The notes beneath the pieces are model-generated. The model was not told where the DNA came from. It did not search any database and was given only the letters and a program-made list of their open reading frames with translations. A stretch of DNA of 55,835 nucleotides from Octopus bimaculoides (taxonomy: Eukaryota). The position numbers were made by a program, and so were the translations under genes. The stretch's first letter is position 1; each line of letters opens with the position of its first letter. The stretch is taken from assembly GCF_001194135.2 (NCBI RefSeq), contig NC_068984.1:68722734-68778568 (forward strand), given 5' to 3'. Positions 1 through 12,088 of this stretch are shown here, piece by piece.

Positions 1-254
1 ATATATATATATATATATATATAAATGATACTTCTGTTGAAGCCATTAATGCAACAAGATTGCCTTGTTGTATTCATGGCTCTTCTGCCGGTATTAATTA
101 TATATATGTGTGTGTACGTGTGTGTGTGTATGATCGCATAAATGTATGTTTGTGTATGTATGTGAATATATAAACAGACGTACATTTATGCGCTCATACA
201 CATATGTATAAATTCATAGATATCAATCTCTATATGTATCTATCTCTCTTTGTA

Positions 255-501
255 CACCGGTTGACAAGAGATGGTGGGGGAACAAACACAGACACAAAGT
301 CACACAATCATACACAAACACACACACACACACACACAAACATACGACGAGCTTCTTTTAGTTTCCGTCTACCAAATCCACTCACGAGGCTTTGGTCGGC
401 CCGAGGCTATAACATAAGACAATTGCGCAAGGTGCCACGCAGTGGGACTGAACCCGGAACCATGTGGCTGGTAAGCAAGGTACTTACCACACAGTCACTC
501 C
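255..501 (-). mobile_element. tRNA-derived SINE, family A (head, core, internal microsatellite, start of tail)
   Basis: Reverse complement aligns by eye to the + copy at 52026-52425: A-box-like TG(A/G)CTGTGTGG, B-box-like GGTTCAGTCCC, internal (CA)n run. Confidence 0.85.
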
Positions 502-1378
502 ATACATATCTTTGATCATACGTACACACACACACACAATCACAGTTTTCTGTTTGAGATGAAGCGGTGTTGGTGTGCAGTACTTTTTCCATGTAGTACA
601 TTGTGTGAATGTGATTGGTGTAATCATGACTGCCCAAATTGAATTTAAACTTTTAAATTCATGTATCAGTAGCATGCTTTCTTTTGCTTCAAATTATCAT
701 ATTTTATACGTGTGTTCTGTAAATGTTGTGCTATGTTTTGAATAATGACACCGTTTCAGTCGTCTATTTCTGCTGAGTAACTCTGTAGTGTGTAAACATC
801 TAGTTTGTCGTATTCGTAACTAGGTTTGATTTAAGTACAAATTCATTGAAATAACTCTCTTTGTACGTGCATGGTGAGCCGACGGTAAAGTGCCGTTTAT
901 GTGTGGCCGATACAACATTAGTGAAGTTTATAACTTTCACATTTGTAATGACACTTATTTTGTCTGCTTGTTCCAGAAATTCCCCACAATTGAAACGATT
1001 CGACAGCTTATGATATTGGTTCCTTACCTTACACAAAATCTCAATTTTGTTGAGCAAGGCTACAGTATATGGAATTGACGAAAGGCAAAAACCTACACAA
1101 CCGTTTTATATTCAAAATGTAAAAACAGAGACCTTAGCACAGAAAGAAATTTGGTATGGTACGTCATTACTTGTTATCCATTCTAGTATTCAATCTCAGA
1201 TCAAAATTCTCAGTCGCTTCGATCCACATTACCATTGAATATAGAATCCGTTTCTGATTTCACGATTCTAGAAAATTTAATGGTGAATAATAGTTAGCCC
1301 TGCATTAAATTCCCCATAAATACAGATATTCAGAGACTCCCATACCAGGTGTGTGTGTGAGTGCGTGTTTGCGTGTGC

Positions 1379-1409
<31 letters not shown>

Positions 1410-2170
1410 NNNNNNNNNNNNNNNNNNNNNNNNNNNNNNNNNNNNNNNNNNNNNNNNNNNNNNNNNNNNNNNNNNNNNNNNNNNNNNNNNNNNNNNGCTA
1501 TTGCTTTAGAATGTTTATGATACCCAATATTGATTAATGTCTTCAGACGGAAAAGAAAAATAACACTAACACGTTAACTGACAAGTAACATCTTAGTGCA
1601 ATGTTTAGCTTCGTAATTGATGTTTTTATTATCCTGTATATATTTCATGATCTCACTATGTTTATAAATGTACATTTTCGCCATGAATAACAACTGTTCA
1701 CTAAAGCTAATTAGATTTTTTTTTTCAAAGTTAAAATGTACTTTTTAGTTCTATTATTTTCATGTTTTCAGATGTTTTCCGAACTAAAAGAAAAACCGTT
1801 ATTGCTTAGAAAGCTTGGGATAGAATATTATATCTATATATATATATATACACATACATACATACATAAATACATACATGCATGCATACATACATACATA
1901 CATACATACACCTACACACACAAATATATATCAATAAGGATAGGTGTATAAGTGTGTACATATGTATGTGTATGCGTGTTGATGTCTATTTTATCCATCT
2001 CCCTCTTTGTATATAAAAAAATATGAGTGATAAAAATACAGCAAACAGGCAGTATACCTGAGGGCAAATCTATGATTAAAAGCATTTCAGAGATGGCCAT
2101 CCCATTATTGACGTACGTACATACATTTATATATGTACACATGCACACACGCACACGCGCACATACACAC

Positions 2171-2209
<39 letters not shown>

Positions 2210-2225
2210 NNNNNNNNNNACACAC

Positions 2226-2264
<39 letters not shown>

Positions 2265-2896
2265 CCACATGGTGCAATGTAGCTCTTTATTATGAAAATA
2301 GGGTGTTATATTCAGGAGATTAGGCTACTATTTCTAGAAGGTCGATTGGTTTCTTTGTGGCCTTCCTCTTTGGATCAAGCAGAGTGGTTGTTAGCAGGGA
2401 AATTAATAGAGATGATAGAACAAATAAATATTTAATCTCACGTTACATTTTTTCTTATTAATACATTAAGTCTATCATCTCTTTATGTTCTGCCTTCAAT
2501 ACCAACAAAGTGGGTTTGCCTTCCGTTCCTATCCCTGAAACTCCCATTTTTTAATCTCCTATCCTTGAAACTAACCGTATATACCGGACAATACACCAGC
2601 ACGATCACAGATCAATGATAGAAACCAGCAAAATGGTAAAAACTATAAATGGATAATGTAGTGAAGAAGACGCAGTCGAAATATACTTAGTACCCATAAA
2701 AAGGTGTACAAAAATAGAAATCAATAACTAAGAACTAGATTAGAATACAAAAAGGAAACTATAGGTGAATGATATGGTTTATTTGGAAGTATTTGATAGA
2801 GAATATATAAAATTCAGGAATCAACGAAACCTCTAATTCTCTAGTGACGATAAACATAGAAACTTAAATGAAAATAGATTATAATTTAGATAACAA

Positions 2897-2975
2897 ATTT
2901 TATCGAGCTTGAAAGGATGAAAGGCAAATTTGATTTCGATTGGGCTTGAACTTCGTACGCAAACAGTCGGTTTAC
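2897..2975 (-). mobile_element. SINE family B fragment
   Basis: TTTTATCGAGCTTGAAAGGATGAAAGGCAAA matches the family B central block seen at 9650-9690. Confidence 0.65.
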
Positions 2976-3594
2976 GAATGCCACAAAGCATTTATTCTGA
3001 TGCTCTAATGATTCTGCCAATACATAGCTATTCCACTCCACCGCTATTAAGTTTACATGATGAGAAATTTTCACATTGGTCGGTCGTACCACCGTGTCAA
3101 AATGGCGTCGAGATTAAAGTGCTAGAGAACTGAGTGCATAGTTGCAAGTTCATTTCATACTACAGTTCGTTTCGTTGCGCATATCAAAACAAGGATCTGC
3201 AATTACTTATGTATTACTATATATTCTATATACTCCTCGTGTAACCACTCTGATGTGCAAATTCCTTGTCACGCTGTATTACTGGCAGCCAATACACAAG
3301 CGTATTTATCATAATCCTTGTAAGGAAATTTCTACGAAATGTGTTGAAACTATTTTCAATCTTCTGTTGCAAGATAATGGCGTAGCCAGGTGAAGAAAAA
3401 AATAATCAAAAAAAATAATCAGATGATTCGTTGATCAAATTCAGTTTGTTTATTGTCATTTGTATAGAACTGGAGCACGTCAGATCCAAACGAAACGAAC
3501 CAAATGGAATAAAACCAATAAGATTATTGTTGTGTGTAGATGGAAAAATAAGATATAAAGAAAAAGAGTGTGTGTTCATGTGTTTTAAACATGC

Positions 3595-3811
3595 CATGAT
3601 GTTTACAAACGAAGATGATTGGTTATCTTCTTGTTTACGTCATCCAAATAACTGGTTAAATTTATCATGGCGTCATCACACCTACGAGTGTTTCAAATAT
3701 TTCATGATGCTTACAAACGATCCCGATTGGTTACCTTTTTGCTGACGTCATTCAAATAATTTGACGAGCAATTATTGGGTGTCATTGTATAAAATGTCCA
3801 TGGCGTCATCA
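3595..3811. repeat. Imperfect 108-bp tandem duplication carrying CCAAT and CRE-like motifs
   Basis: CATGATG(T/C)TTACAAACGA at 3595 and 3703; ATTGG at 3618 and 3726; T(T/G)ACGTCA at 3635 and 3743; CATGGCGTCATCA at 3666 and 3799. Confidence 0.75.
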
Positions 3812-4006
3812 TTCAACCGAAATATCCCGTCTTGTCTCCTAAATTCTTGTAATAGAACAATATACAAATTCATGTTCAAATTGGGACTGCCATCTGCTAC
3901 ACGTTCAATTTTCTTTTAAAGTCTCATGTAAACAATCCCAAATTCTCAAACTCATTGTTGTTTGGATGATTTGAGAAATAATAGAAATATTGGGACTCAA
4001 TCCGGA

Positions 4007-4380
4007 CCCACATGGTTCCGAGTTTAGTCCCACTGCATGGCATCTCAGGCAAGTGTCTTCTACTATAGCTTCAATCCGACCAAAGTCACGCGAGTGGATT
4101 TGGTAGACAGCAACTAAATGAAGCCTGTGATATATATACACATATATATGCGTGTGAGTCTTTCCATCTGTTTTTCCCCACCCTCACTACCGCTTCACAA
4201 CCGGTGTTGGTGTATTTACATCCCCGTAACTTAGGAGTTCTGCAAAAAAGAAACCGATATAATAAGTACTAAACTTAAATAAGTTCCAGGGTCGGTTCAT
4301 TTGATTAAAATACTTCAACGCGGTGCCCCGGCATGGACGCAGTCTAATGACTGAAACAAGTCAAAGATAAAAATAAAATA
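4007..4380 (+). mobile_element. SINE family A, 5'-eroded, with tail
   Basis: CCACATGGTTCCGAGTTTAGTCCCACTGC ... GGATTTGGTAGAC ... (TA/TG) spacer ... tail ending CAGTCTAATGACTGAAACAAG. Confidence 0.85.
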
Positions 4381-4409
4381 TATGAAATGATATTTCCCAC
4401 CATCGGTAT

Positions 4410-4800
4410 AACGCCATAAAATCAGCGTGAAAGGTATAATCGATTAAATTGACTCCAGTTCTAGAGAGGTACTTTATTTTGTCGATCCCGAAAGGTAAGG
4501 AGACAAAGTTAACTTATTTGGGATTTTAACTGAGAACTTAAAGCGGCGGAAGAAATACCACGAGGCATTTTGTCCAGTCTACCATCCTTAGTAATTTCTG
4601 TGGTAGACATAAGACTAAAAATTTGTTGGGAGGGATTACACGATTAAATTAAGAATTCGAGACTTGACTAGTATTTATTTTATCGGCCACGAAAGGAGAA
4701 GGGTTAAAATTGAACGAGCTGGAATCTGAACCTAGAACGCAAAGATCTGGATCAAATGCCACAATGTTTTTAGTCCGATATTTCTGGTAGTTAATCACTT
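4410..4800 (-). mobile_element. Two tandem diverged SINE family B copies (about 4410-4590 and 4606-4800)
   Basis: Each has a TTT(G/A)TCG-GAAAGG block followed by a degenerate (GGA)ATTT(G/T)AACT(C/G)AGAAC B-box complement. Confidence 0.65.
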
Positions 4801-4881
4801 TATGCATTTAAAGTATCAAGCTATGAACTCATTCAAGGTGAAAGATTTTGCTGAAGAAGTTGATTATTTATTTTTATTATA

Positions 4882-5005
4882 CATGGTGTCCACAAAGACT
4901 GGGTACATGGGGATTAACACATACTTTAAGAAGTTATTTCTTACATTTAATTGTATATGTTATGATTTTATTTACTCCCTGTACCGAGATGTTGTGGACA
5001 CCCTG
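4882..5005. mobile_element. 124-bp Tc1/mariner-type MITE
   Basis: TA at 4880-81 and 5006-07. Left end CATGGTGTCCACAA versus right end reverse complement CAGGGTGTCCACAA; imperfect TIR continues to about 32 bp. Confidence 0.75.
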
Positions 5006-6836
5006 TAGCATGTAACATATCCAGCTACAAAGAATCGGTTCCCTCAAATGAAACCTTCTCATCCAATTTAACTAGGTACACTTGATTAAAAGAAAAAAAA
5101 AAAGCAGCCGAAAAAGACCCACATAGTGAGATAAGGTACTGAAGTAGATTTTTCGTTAGAGCGATAGCTAGAATACCTTGCAGTGTTTGTTCTAACAGTC
5201 TGCGCTCCTGTCGAGCTCAAAGTTGCCTGTCAGATTAATAAAAGAAATACCAATCGAAGATAGTGGGCTGGCGGAACGCTTTCAGCAAAGGTGAGATACC
5301 TGACAGCAACTGCTCTGGTCCAATGCGAGGACACTGGAGCCAAGCTGCATCTCAAGTCAGTGGCTTTTCCCTTTGATAAACATAGGTATTGTAATAAAAG
5401 GAGACTTGCATACATGAACAACTGCTAGTCTTTAAAAAAAGATGACACCGTTCAATGCTCCTAATTCATGTGCAGAGGCACCTGGTCAACCTTGGCTGAC
5501 AGAAGTTACTGGTGTAAGTAATGCAAAACCCAGTTATGACATTCTCATCGAATTTTTAGGAATTGTTTACCTTGGACTACATCATCATCTTAACCAAATA
5601 TGAATTAAGGCAAAAAATAGCTGTTATTTCTAGCAATTTCGAACGACTATATTAGGTCAATAAACATATACAAGAATACGACACTATAGATGCATGCTAA
5701 AATATCTGAGTACAGCTGACCAGTAAAACGACAAATAAATGAATAAATAGATAAAAAATTAGCATGACCACAAGCCACTGTCTAGACCATTTAAAGAGAG
5801 AAAAAAAGAGAATATTAAACGAAGAAAGACAATGATCGTAACATGTGCAGGCTATCCTAGAGCAGCATGATTGAAGTGGTTGATATTGAGTTCGAAGATA
5901 TCTAGATCGATGCCTGTATCTTAAAAATGATGTGCATAAACATATTTCTGCGTGTCGCAGCTCAGATGAAGTGTAATCAAGAAACGTATCTAGTGTGAAA
6001 TATGGAATGTAAGAGATATAGAAAGTAAGGCAAAATGAGAAGAGAGACGTATGTATAGCGACAATGAAGATTTATTGTATATATTTTATGAACGGAAAGG
6101 TGATGGAAACTTGTCTTTTTTTTTTTTAAATGTATTGATGGTATTTTTGCAGTCGTTAGAACATCGGATATAATTCCTGAGAAAATTTGTTCCACTTCAA
6201 ACCTTGCCAAGGTCAGCTATGCTGTTATCTATCCGGGTCGATAAATCAACAACAACGGTCTTTAGCCCAGGGTCATGGATTGGTAGATTTGTTAGTATGT
6301 TCGATAAGATTCTTTGGAGATTCTCTTCCGAACTTTTTGTTGCTGTAACCGCAACGCCTCTGACGAAACTATGCCAAACTGTATTGGCCCTTTCTTCTGT
6401 TTTTGTAGTGCAGAGGTGTGGCTTATACGCATCAGCAACCACTGGTATTTTCTACAAAAAGGATCTTGCCCAGCCATGCACCTTTGAAAACTTTCCAGAA
6501 GCGAATCAATAGTCTTCTGTGGAATACGGAAGTTCTGAATAATTAAGTTGCTCAACCGAAGGAATCTAGCTTGTCAATCTTGTACTTTGGAGATGTTCAT
6601 TATCGTATGAATGTGATTAGGAACTCGTGCTCTAAGAAATAAGAGATGGAAGGAGCTTATGACTGGATAAGTTAGTAAGAAGTGTCTTCCAATAACTACG
6701 ATCTAAAACATTGTAGATATCAAAGATAACATTGATTTCGTTGAAGCTTTCAAAAGTGAGAGACCAGAAGTGAATAAAGTATGAAAACCAGTCTCCAGTT
6801 CATCTGTTACTTTGAACATCTTACTGTGATGTTCTT

Positions 6837-6840
<4 letters not shown>

Positions 6841-6929
<89 letters not shown>

Positions 6930-6962
6930 GGAGGAAAGAGAGATGGAGAGGTGGAAAGAAAG
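6841..6962. repeat. (AG)n microsatellite
   Basis: Direct reading; explains the RERERE/SLSLSL ORFs. Confidence 0.97.
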
Positions 6963-7516
6963 AGACTTAATGTTATTGTCGAAATGGTTGTTTAGCTCCA
7001 AATCAACCCTGATTAAGCAGTGTTATGATCAAAATCTTTCCAAATTTAACCATCCTTGCCTTAAGGCTTTCTAGGATTAGATTATCTAATGTGATCGTCT
7101 CATCTTAAGGTAGTATTCTATAATCTGAGAGAAGAGTAGCTGTCATTTGTTAGGGAGATGGCATTTGCATTTCGATTACTCACGATTATCTCAATTATTT
7201 GGGAAATACATTTACATCTATACACCTTAATTCAGTCTAATTTTACGTATAATTAACATCGCATGTAATAATGATCTCTATGCAGATAAAATGACATTAA
7301 TTTTTGTGGGAAGCAATTACCGATTATATTGACCCAATACTTGACTGGTACTTTATTTTATCTATTTCGGAAAAGTAAAAAAAAAACATACAAAACAAAA
7401 GAGACAAAAAGAAACGCTGTCGTCAGTGAGATTTATAATGGCAAAATCTGATGACAAGAGCTAAAATAGTCTGGCGTTCAATTTACTTGGGCATCATCAC
7501 TAGCTTATCTTCTGAA

Positions 7517-8028
7517 CCCATTGCCTGCCATGAGTCCCATTTGGGGACTTGCTAAAAACAGTCTCACTGCTGGTTGTTCGTTGTATTTAAAGGGAATTGC
7601 TTGCGTACATTGCATTTGCAAAGGTATGCTTAACAATATTTAATAGTTAACGTTTGTCATTATTAATTCTGGCTAATTCTAGAGGACATTTTATGTCATA
7701 AATCGCAATTTTTGAACTACAAAAATATTGACTGCTTTGAAAACTTTTTTTTTTGCATTTCCCATCTATATCATTCGTTGATATTTCATGGACATTCGCA
7801 TTTGATGCTATAATTTCAAAACATAACTAAAATGTTTATTATTGCAATTGAATAGAAAAGGATAAATATGCTTTTTTTCAGCGATCCCTATTTGGGACTT
7901 TTTGAAAAGCTTATCATAATTTCCAAAATAATTCACGTATGAAGAAAATTCAAATACTATATATTATTTTAACTTCTAAGACACCTGGCAAAGCCAAAAA
8001 GTATGAAAAAAAATTGGCAGTTAATGGG
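7517..8028. mobile_element. piggyBac-like MITE (512 bp)
   Basis: Ends CCCATTGCCTGCCA (7517-7530) and TGGCAGTTAATGGG (8015-8028), 12/14 inverted match. Flanks TGAA (7513-16) and TTAA (8029-32). Internal repeat (G/A)TCCC..TT.GGGACTT near 7535 and 7884. Confidence 0.6.
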
Positions 8029-8579
8029 TTAATGCTCTAAATTTAGAATGAGCATCAGTCTTCGAAGACAGTATCCCCAGGGCTTGTGAGATGTTTACAT
8101 TCTTTACAGATATATAAACTGTAGTGAGTTTAGTTTTAATTCAATACCAGAATAACTTTATTTAGAGAGGGTGAGTTGTTGATTTAATCGAGTTTATTAC
8201 TCAAATGCTATTTTTCCTCAGTTGCAGAGAGATGAAAAAGAAAGTATTATTTTGCGAAATTTAATCAGAAAATCCAGAAAAGAGGAATCTAATTTCTACA
8301 TGCTTCTATTCTGTTCACCACTTTTCAAATATAATTATTAAAGATTCTGTCCACTCGTACAAAACTAGTTTTGTACAGAGAAACAGTTTTGCCAAATAGA
8401 CTGAGCGTGCTGAGTGGATATCTGTTGGTTTATGATAAGTGTTCCAAGTGTTTGAACTAAAAGACGACCTCCTCATTAACATATAAATAGATTATGTATT
8501 CCTCTGATAGGTGTACACTTCACGTTGCATTTCATAGAGAGTCACTGTATAATAATGTGTGACAAAAAGAATTGACAAG

Positions 8580-8732
8580 CATCTAATCCCTTTTTGTCCA
8601 CCAGTTTTACTCACAGGGCTTGAATAGATTTCAAGAACCGATAAAAGACAGCCAAGATGTTACGAAATGAGATCGAATCCAAAACCACTTGATTATGGAG
8701 GAAATATTACTCATTCAGTCATGGCCATTGCC
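8580..8732 (-). mobile_element. Old diverged SINE family A copy
   Basis: CCACCAGTTTTACTCACAGGGCTT resembles family A CCAAATCCACTCACAAGGCTT; tRNA-like head remnant near 8680-8730. Confidence 0.5.
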
Positions 8733-9112
8733 GTCTTAAGATATAGGAACATTGAGCAGTTGCACACGAGCCTCACACTTGTAGGAACCCAATTCTGTTA
8801 TATGTATGCTATGATTAGCTCTCAATAAATACTGCGGGATCCAGCTGCTGATTTGCTTGGGGACCTGTAATGCTGTTAAGGCAACGTAGCTATGGTGATA
8901 TCGAATTAAGTTCAAATATTAACACAAGGTCATAATTTAGTGAGTTGTCGGTATAGTCGGTTGAATTAATTCCCTGGTTCATTATAATAACGACCCTGGA
9001 AGGATAACAAGAAAAATTTGAAATCATAACGTAAAGAGTGGTATCTAAATACCTTAAACTATTTTGCCCCATAGTGTAACATATTTTCCAACCACCATTT
9101 CAGGCTATTATA

Positions 9113-9330
9113 TTATTGGTTTAAGATCTTGGCAGAAAACAAACAGCCAGCTTATGGGCAAGGACAAGACGATTACATCGAACCCAGCGCTCAGTACTTA
9201 TTTTATCGACCTCGAAAGGATGAACGGCAAGTCGACCTCTGCGGAATTTGAACTTAGAACGTGAAAGCGGACGAAACACTGCTATGAATTTTGCCCGGCA
9301 CGCTAATGATTCTATCAGCTCACCGCCTTA
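9113..9330 (-). mobile_element. SINE family B, full length
   Basis: Ends CAGCTCACCGCCTTA (head complement), with GGAATTTGAACTTAG B-box complement and ATCGACCTCGAAAGGATGAA core. Confidence 0.9.
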
Positions 9331-9356
9331 CGTGTAGCATATTATTGATTTCATAG

Positions 9357-9778
9357 TTTGGCACAAGGCCAGTTAGCTCAGAGGAAGGAGTAAGTCACTT
9401 GGATCGACCCCAGTGTTTAACTGGCACTTATTTTTTATCGAATCCGAAAGGATGAAAGGCAAAATCGGCCTCGGCGGAATTTAAACTCAGAGCGTACAGA
9501 CGGTCGAAAATTCTCTAAGCCTTTAGTCAGGCATTCTAGCGTTTCTTATTTCTTTATTGCCCACAAGGGGCTACACATAGAGAGGACAAACAAGGACAGG
9601 CAAAGGGATTAAGTCGATTATATCGACCTCAGTGCTTGACTGGTACTTAATCTATCGACCCCGAAAGGATGAAAGGCAAAGTCGACCTCGGCGAGATTTG
9701 AACTCAGAACGTAGCGGCAGACGAAATACCGCTAAGCATTTGCCCGGCTTGCTAAAGTTTCTACCAGCTCGCCGCCTT
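9357..9778 (-). mobile_element. Dimeric SINE family B (monomer 1 about 9546-9778, headless monomer 2 about 9357-9545)
   Basis: Two consecutive cores; junction CTAGCGTTTC|TTATTTCTTTATTGCCCACAAGGGG, essentially the same as at 30634-30670. Confidence 0.9.
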
Positions 9779-9969
9779 TGGGTAGTATATTATTAAGAAT
9801 GAATTTATGTTCTTCTAATAGCTGGTTGATACTAGGTCAACTCTGACTGAACAACGTTTCTGCATGCTAACGTTTCTGCCACTTCGCCGCCCTCGGGTAG
9901 TATATTATTAAGAATGAATTTATGTTGTTCCAATAGCTGGTTGATACTAGGTCAACTCTGACTGAACAA
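9769..9969. repeat. 115-bp near-perfect tandem duplication
   Basis: GGGTAGTATATTATTAAGAATGAATTTATGTT...CTCTGACTGAACAA starts at 9780 and again at 9895. Confidence 0.92.
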
Positions 9970-11740
9970 ATCTAATGGTCAAAGATGTTCTTGCCATGAC
10001 CATCTAATCTTTTATTCAGCTGTATATCTAAGACTACATTGTTTAATACGGCCTTACTATTTTTTATTAATATTATAGGATGTGAAGTGAGATAAGACGT
10101 AGCTGCTATTTCTCACAGGTAATGTAGGCGATCACATGATCAAATAATGTTCATATGAAGACTCCCTCTTTGACTCGTGAAATTACTTTATGAATGAAGA
10201 AACCCAAAAGGTGACTATTATATGATATAAACTATGAAGTGTAATATACGTGGGCTTTCCTAAAATCGTACAGCTGTAAAAGTTAATTAAGTTGACAGTT
10301 ATACAACATTTTCAAATCACTAATATATANNNNNNNNNNNNNNNNNNNNNNNNNNNNNNNNNNNNNNNNNNNNNNNNNNNNNNNNNNNNNNNNNNNNNNN
10401 NNNNNNNNNNNNNNNNNNNNNNNNNNNNNNNNNNNNATATATATATACACAAGTGGTAATAAGAGGAATTTAAACGCAAAATATGGTTTTATCTGGAGGA
10501 AACAAACAAAAAATGCTTTCTAAACAAAAACATCTGTATGAAATATATAAAAAGTAAGATATTTTAAAATTGAAAAAAACAGAAATTTTTTACGAATCTT
10601 ATTTCTTAGTAAACATGAAATTTGTGAGAAGAAAGTTTTCTATTACAAAGCGATGAAATATATTTTATAAAGCGGGAAAAATATTTTATAATTTAGTTCG
10701 CCAATAAACAAAAATATTCAAAAAGAGAAAATATGTGTTTGAGTTATCACATACAAACATTCAAAAGAAATTCTTAGAAAAAATGTTTTAATTTAGGTAG
10801 TTTTTAGCGTAAAATATGTATGAGTTGATACATTAAAACATGAAAAAGTAAAATAAATGAATTTGGTTTTAAAAATATAGGTTACTGAAATTAAAAGAAA
10901 AGCAGAAAATGAATATTTACATGGTCATATACACGTAGACGTACGCATATTTGTTTATATAAACATACATATATTTACCTGTGTTTGAATATTAGAGATA
11001 CGTTTAGTTTATATAACAATTTGCTGCAGTGATAACAGCTAAAGCTCTCTAACACCAAAACAACGTCTTTTAAGACGACTTACAATGTCTCAAGTAGATA
11101 TTTGAATACGCATTATGCTGAAAAATATTTCACCAAAATATGATTCATTGCTTCCATTAAGAAAATAAATCGAAGGTCTGCAGTAAAGCTAAACATTTAA
11201 TAAAAATAAACATTACTAAATAAATTTTAAAAAATATTTTGTGAAATCACTTTGTGCAAGATCTGTATGTCCTTAGTGATGCCAAAGATATGTTGTTCCA
11301 ATCAACATAGCGACTGAAAACCTGTCACTGTTAGCCGCTTCTCGAAGAACCCTGTATTCGGTCTACATTCAATACAATGCCAAGTGTTTGAATAAAAAAT
11401 AGCAAACACCACATAATCTGTATGCAATACACACATTGAGATATTTTTAATATTTAAATAATGGATTTCTTTGTCTTTCAATTAGATATATCAAAATTAC
11501 ATATTATCTAATCTGTGTGTATANNNNNNNNNNNNNNNNNNNNNNNNNNNNNNNNNNNNNNNNNNNNNNNNNNNNNNNNNNNNNNNNNNNNNNNNNNNNN
11601 NNNNNNNNNNNNNNNNNNNNNNNNNNNNNNNNNNNNNNNNNNNNNNNNNNNNNNNNNNNNNNNNNNNNNNNNNNNNNNNNNNNNNNNNNNNNNNNNNNNN
11701 NNNNNNNNNNNNNNNNNNNNNNNNNNNNNNNNNNNNNNNN

Positions 11741-11785
<45 letters not shown>

Positions 11786-11829
11786 ATGTATATATGTGTA
11801 TGTATATATGTATGTATGTATGTATTTAT

Positions 11830-12088
11830 GTATGAGTTCAGCGTTTTTGCCGAACAACCAGCACAAATTATTTGCTTATAGTGATTAAATGTTCGTGTTG
11901 CATATGAGCCTGCTCTCTCCCTCAAATCGACAATATCTGAACAGGGGCACGGTGTAGCGCGCACCAGGTGTCGAAGCGATCGAAGAGGAGCGTGAGACGA
12001 ATTGTTTTACTCAAGAGTACAACGGTCTAGGAACTGAAACTACGATCTGGCGATCGTGAGCGCATCGCCCTAACCACTAGGCCATGCC
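11830..12088 (-). mobile_element. tRNA-derived SINE, family C
   Basis: Reverse complement starts GGCATGGCCTAGTGGTTAGGGCGATGCGCTCACGATCGCCAGATCGTAGTTTCAGTTCC (A and B boxes), then TTGTACTCTTGAGTAAAACA; second copy at 19683-19783. Confidence 0.8.

Noticed and set aside
204-2323. HTHT, YIYI, CVCV and RERE ORFs here and throughout the window
   Set aside because: Translations of dinucleotide microsatellites.
5150-6760. Protein-like ORFs at 5230-5421 and 6197-6555
   Set aside because: No diagnostic RT, endonuclease or DDE motif could be read; part overlaps a SINE B-like fragment. Probably old TE debris but not assignable.
11990-12088. Possible tRNA gene
   Set aside because: Has A and B boxes but no full cloverleaf, continues into a SINE body and has a second diverged copy at 19683-19783.
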